Assembly: GCF_048593235.1 (NCBI RefSeq)
Contig: NC_133619.1
Location: 650,606,558-650,670,557 of the forward strand
Direction: 5' to 3'
DNA length: 64,000 bases
Origin: Sminthopsis crassicaudata
Taxonomy: Eukaryota
Position 1 is the stretch's first letter, and the number at the start of each line of letters is the position of its first letter. A program made the translations under genes and the position numbers. The notes under the pieces are model-generated. The model worked only from the letters and a program-made list of their open reading frames with translations. It did not search any database and had not been told where the DNA came from. Positions 59,201 through 64,000 of this stretch are shown here, one piece after another.

Positions 59201-61559
59201 GAGTGGGAGTGAAGGAGGGAGGAAGAGTGCAGAGGGGGGAGAGCAGGAACAGCAGGAAGGCACTCCGGATCTGCACCGGAGCTCAGGGGGTGGTTGGCAC
59301 TGAGGAGACCCGGGCACGGGGGGGCGGGGCACAGACACAAGAGACCCGGGCACGGGGGGGGCGGGGGGAGACACAGAGAGCCAGGCCCTGAGCTGGGCAC
59401 TAAAGTGGTATAGAGGAGGGGCCGCGGGCGGGGCTGGGCTCTGAGCTGGAGTACAGAGGAGAGACGCCGCTGTGAGCTGGCACAGAAAGGGGCAGGGAGA
59501 GGTGAGTGGCAAAGGCGCGTCAAAAACCTCGCCTTCTTGTAAGCTCTAGAAGGGGCACCTGCTGCCCTGGGTCAGTCCTGGAACGGGCGGCCTTGGGCAC
59601 GGGCAGAGCTGCCGGAGGGGACCGCTGAGGCGGCAGCGGCCGTTTTTCGGAGCAGCTTGTAGAAGGGATAATGAGAAGAAGCCCCCTCCCCTGCCGCCCC
59701 GCCCTCTGGGAAATCGGTGGGCAAAGCCAACCCGAGGCCACCAGGGGGCGCAGCGGATCCAGCCCTGGACAGGAACTAAATCCAGATGGAACCCACCAGA
59801 GACTGGGCAGATCAGTTTCCTCATCTGCAAAATGGGGATATCAATAGACCCGCCGCCACCACCTCCCAATATCTCAAGCGCTTAGCACAGGACGGGGCTT
59901 AATTGTTTTCTTCCCTTCTCTTGTAGAAAAGGTAGAGACGGAGAGGCTGGTTCCAGGGCGGTTTGGCCGGTGCCGGGACTCCCCAAAGCCGGCCTCCTTA
60001 GCTTGTCAGCTGGCTCCAGGGAGGGCGGGCACACAACCTCCAGCCCCGTCTGGGGCCCTTTCTCTCCCCATACTGGAATCTTCTCCCCGCCTGCCTTCCC
60101 TCTGCAGGAGTCCTCTCCGATGCCTCCCCAGTCCCCACTGGCCGGGCCTTCCTTGGGAGGCTACTTTTGTATGTGTCACGTGGACAGGTAGGATTTACGT
60201 GTATCTTCCTTCCCTAGGCTGCTTTCTCCCTGAGCTCGGGGCCCGCCCCCTTTTATCCACAGGCGCGCTCCCGAATCTGGTGGTTAATCCGGGCTTGTAA
60301 CTGAATATGGGCCTGCATGGTTCCTTATGAAACCTGGTGATGCAGAAATGTGTCCTCCAGAGATCAGACAGAGGAACCCCCGTGCATAACCAAATTCACA
60401 GCAGCTCTGAAACATTACCAGAGAACCGGAAAAGTGGCCCCTCCTCCGCTGGGGAGATGATGTAGATCATTTAGAAACTGATAAGTGAGAGCCCCTACTA
60501 CCCTGTCCCGTGATAGCAATACCCAGGCGGAGTAGCTGAAAAACTAATTGTGATTCCAGAGAACAGACTAGTCAGACCTCCGGATCCCTCCCTCCTGAGC
60601 CAAGAGGGCCGGAGGTTTCACCCGCGGTCAGATGCTGTCACTGTATCAGTTGTTTCATTTGAATGTTTTTCATTACAAAGCGTAGTTTAATGAGGATGGA
60701 GAAGAAAACAGCGTGTTATGTCCAAAAATGATATAAAACCAAGGTTTCCAATTAAACTTGTAAAATAAAAGAAAATTCTGGAGACGAGATTCTACAAAAC
60801 CTTGACATGGCTGAGCACCAGACAAAGTCTAATAAGGCCAAATTTGAGAGATAAAGTAATATCTTAACGTTTTGATTTTTTTTAAACCTTCATGCGTATA
60901 AGAAAGTCGTAATTAAAGTTTATTAGCATGTTAAGATTAGCTATAAATGTTTTCTCATTGGATCTTCACAACAACCCCATGAGGCAGGTGTGGTCACTGT
61001 TCCTATTTTTCAGGTAAATTGAAGCACAGAGAATTTAAGTGATTACTAGGATCACACATCTAGAAAATGACTGAAGCAAGATTTGGGCTTTATAACTTTT
61101 TTTTATTTAAGCTTTTTTTATTTTTAAAACATATGCATAGGTAATTTTCAACATTCACCCTTGAAAAACCTTGTGTTCCAAATTTTTCCCTCCTTCCCCC
61201 ATAAGTAATCCAATATATGTTAAACATGGACAGTTCTGCTATACATATTTCCATAATTATCATGCTGCAGAAGAAAAATCAGATTAAAAAAGAAAAAACC
61301 GAGAAAGAAAACAAAATGAAAGCAAACAACAACTAAGTGAAAATACTCTGTAGTGATCCATACTCAGTCCTCTAGGTGAAGATGGCTCTCTCCATCACAT
61401 GGCCATTGGAACTGGCCTGAATCTTCTCGCTGTTGAAAAGAGCTACATCCATCAGAATTGATCATATAATCTTGCTGTTGCCATGTACATTGTTCTCTTG
61501 GTGCTACTCATGAAGCAAGATTTGAATTTGTCTTCCTACTCCAAGTTTCATGAGCCATA

Positions 61560-64000
61560 TGCTGCGCCATAATTAGGCAGCAATCCACCTGAAAAAGAGC
61601 TGGGGGTCTTAGTGATTGTGAACTGGATTTATGTCAACAAGGAGTTGTAGCAGCCAAGGAAGTCCAATCCTAGAATGCATTAAAGCAGACAGCATCCAGA
61701 AATGACAAGTGGAAGGGATCTCAGGAGCCATCCAGTCACAAAAGTGATGGCCAGAGAGATTCAGAATCCAGGGCTGGATTTAGACCCCTGAAATCTCGAG
61801 TCCAAGCTGGACTTCTGTATCCCCTGATCAGTGTCTCTAAGGAGAGAAAATTCCTGTCATTTGTCAGGGAGTCTTACATTCAGTTCTGCACATCTCCTCT
61901 CAGGAAGGACTCTGATTTGGAGAGATCGAGGTAACACAACTAGAATGATGGGCACCTCAGCAAGCAGCTGGTGCCTCCTATGTTTGAAGCAGTGCGCTAG
62001 GTCCTAGGGATTTTTTTTCACAGACCTTCCATTTTATTAAACTATAATAGATATACAAGTAAATACAAAGCAATTTAAAGCAGAGACATTAGGTGAAAGT
62101 TGGTTTATCCAAAGGAAAAGACTCAGGAAAGGCCTGAGAGCTGCCTGCTAATATTTGAAGGACTTTTGTGTGAAGGAACAGTTAGAAATTTCTCTTTGTC
62201 CCCAGAAGGCAGAGGGAAAATTTAGGCTATAAGTCAGAAAAGAATTTGAAAAACCTTCCTATCATTGAGAAGCAAGACTGCCTTGGGAAGAAATTGATTG
62301 GCCATCAGTGGAGGTCTTCAAGTGAAGTCTGTATGAGTAAGGGTTGGACCTTTTAATATCTGAGGCTCTCTGACTTCACTGGCTTATACAGGGGCTTGAT
62401 AGAGTGGTACCCTGGGGACATCAGCTCTCCTTACACCTATCGGAACACTTTCTCTGCAAAACAAAGTAGGCCGTGACTTTTTAGCCTACCTACGTCATTT
62501 CATCCTTTGAGAAAGGAACAAATTGATGAGGGAGCCTCCATTCTGTTCTGTCACCACAGTGAAGGAAAGTGGTCAGTGGTTTGGGAAAGATGGGAACCTT
62601 TTGGGAAATTTTAGAAATTTGTTAGAAAAGGAGAGGAAAGCCAGACACAGTCTGCAGGACACCTTAGATTTAGGGAAGAGGTTTTCAGTGGTCCTGGGAA
62701 ATAAGAGGATGCTCAGAACTAAAATCTTGGTGTGGTTAGATTAGGTTGAATCAGAGAAATCTCTTCAGAATGAAGTTCCATGAAGAGAAACAATCATAGT
62801 AAAAAGGAAAAGGGAGTGCTTTCTGAATACACCAATTTGGCTGCAAAAGGAACTGGCCCACAAATTTGGATCTTAAAAATATGTGTGGAAGATTAAGTAT
62901 GGAGTGTGGATTCTAACTGTGGGGCAGAGTCTGATAAGTATGTCCAGTCAGGCATGTCAGAAAGCAGAATGAGAGTCAAGTAGCTTAAGAAAAAGGTTTG
63001 TCTTTAGCAGTAGTGAGCATGGGGTGGGGCAGGAAGGAGGTCAAAGGAAGGATAGCTCTATTGTGTAAATGGAAGACTTGATGGTAATTGAAGATGGAGT
63101 GAAGAAAGAGATATTCAGTTCTTTGTCAGGGATATTTCCTCCCAAGGACAAGAAAGGACAGACCTAGAGTCCCTGGCCATCCTTGTTAAGTTCTGGTCAT
63201 TAGGCCAAATGAAGTAAAAGTTGGGATCCTGAACAAATTGGTAACTATTTTTGAAAGCTGATGGAGAATGGGTATGGTCCTGAAAGAATGAGGAAGAAAA
63301 ATGCCCCAGTTTTCCAGGAAGAAAAAGACAATTGAATCTGTAATTGGACTTTGATTCCTGGTTAGCTTCTACAATGAATTACTAATTTAAAAAAAAACAG
63401 TAAAGGAAGTAGTGATTGTAGTAGTTCAGCATGGCTTCTCAAAAACAGATCCTACCAGCCTAAAATCTTTTTTTTTTGACAGGGCTACTAATCTGTCAGA
63501 GCTGGAGAAAGCATTCGCCTACATTTTAGGGAGGAATCTTTCAAAATCTCTCAGCTATTATTATGAATAAGATAGATGATGTATATGAGTAAGATGACTG
63601 GTTGGTCAGCTAGACCCAGAGAGTAGCAGTAAGTGTTCAATGCCAACTTGGAAAAAGGTCACAGGGACTAATCCCTATTCTCAAACATTGTTATCAGTGA
63701 TTTAGTTAACATGCTTACCCTAGTACAAATTGGAATGCTTGCTAACTACATGGAAAAGGGAGAGTTAGTCCATCAGATGAGTGAATCCATATCTAAAAAA
63801 ACTTCCCAAGGTAAGAAGGCAGAGCTGAAACTACTCAGATGAAATATAAAAGGAATTGATGTAAATTCTGATGCTTCGGTTAAAAATAAAGCTTCATCAG
63901 AAGGAGCACACATGACTAGATAGTTTTCCTGGGGATTGGAGCCAGTACATGGAAAGAAAAGGGAAAAAGCAGATTTGAGGGGAGTTTGTTGCTTATGGAA
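61560..64000 (+). mobile_element. Degraded L3/CR1 fragments
   Basis: LEKERKARHSLQDTLDLGKR resembles CR1/L3 ORF2 EKERKAGHSLTCTLDFGK; gaaaaagagctgggggtcttagtgattgtgaac and ccatcagtggaggtcttcaag match the L3 3' region. Confidence 0.7.

Noticed and set aside
57792-59276. 494-aa minus ORF overlapping the LENG8 5' end
   Set aside because: GC-rich promoter and intron read-through; the spliced model gives the known MAANVGDQR start

Overview
Marsupial genomic DNA (WSINE1/MAR1 SINEs and dasyurid-type L1 3' ends suggest an Australian, probably dasyuromorph, species) from the leukocyte receptor complex (LRC), in reverse orientation relative to human 19q13.42. The right half holds three clear conserved genes: CDC42EP5 (+, single coding exon), LENG9 (+, intronless; CCCH + MJ1316 + 2H phosphoesterase) and LENG8 (-, 15 coding exons, 803 aa) with its CpG-island promoter. 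Directly upstream of CDC42EP5 is an 8-exon, 2-Ig, GP6-like activating receptor gene whose only lesion is one extra C in a homopolymer. The left half is repeat-rich (L1, L2, L3/CR1, SINEs, solo LTRs, three assembly gaps). It contains LRC receptor debris: a frameshifted Ig exon, two intact-looking orphan transmembrane/cytoplasmic exons (one Lys, one Arg in the TM) with no ectodomain exons I could find in the window, and weaker antisense TM-like relics. It also has a hidden C2H2 zinc-finger fragment and two large GC-rich minisatellites. I see no proven novel system. The best candidate is the orphan TM-exon array, possibly alternative terminal exons. All homology calls are from recognition of sequence, not database searches; repeat boundaries are approximate.
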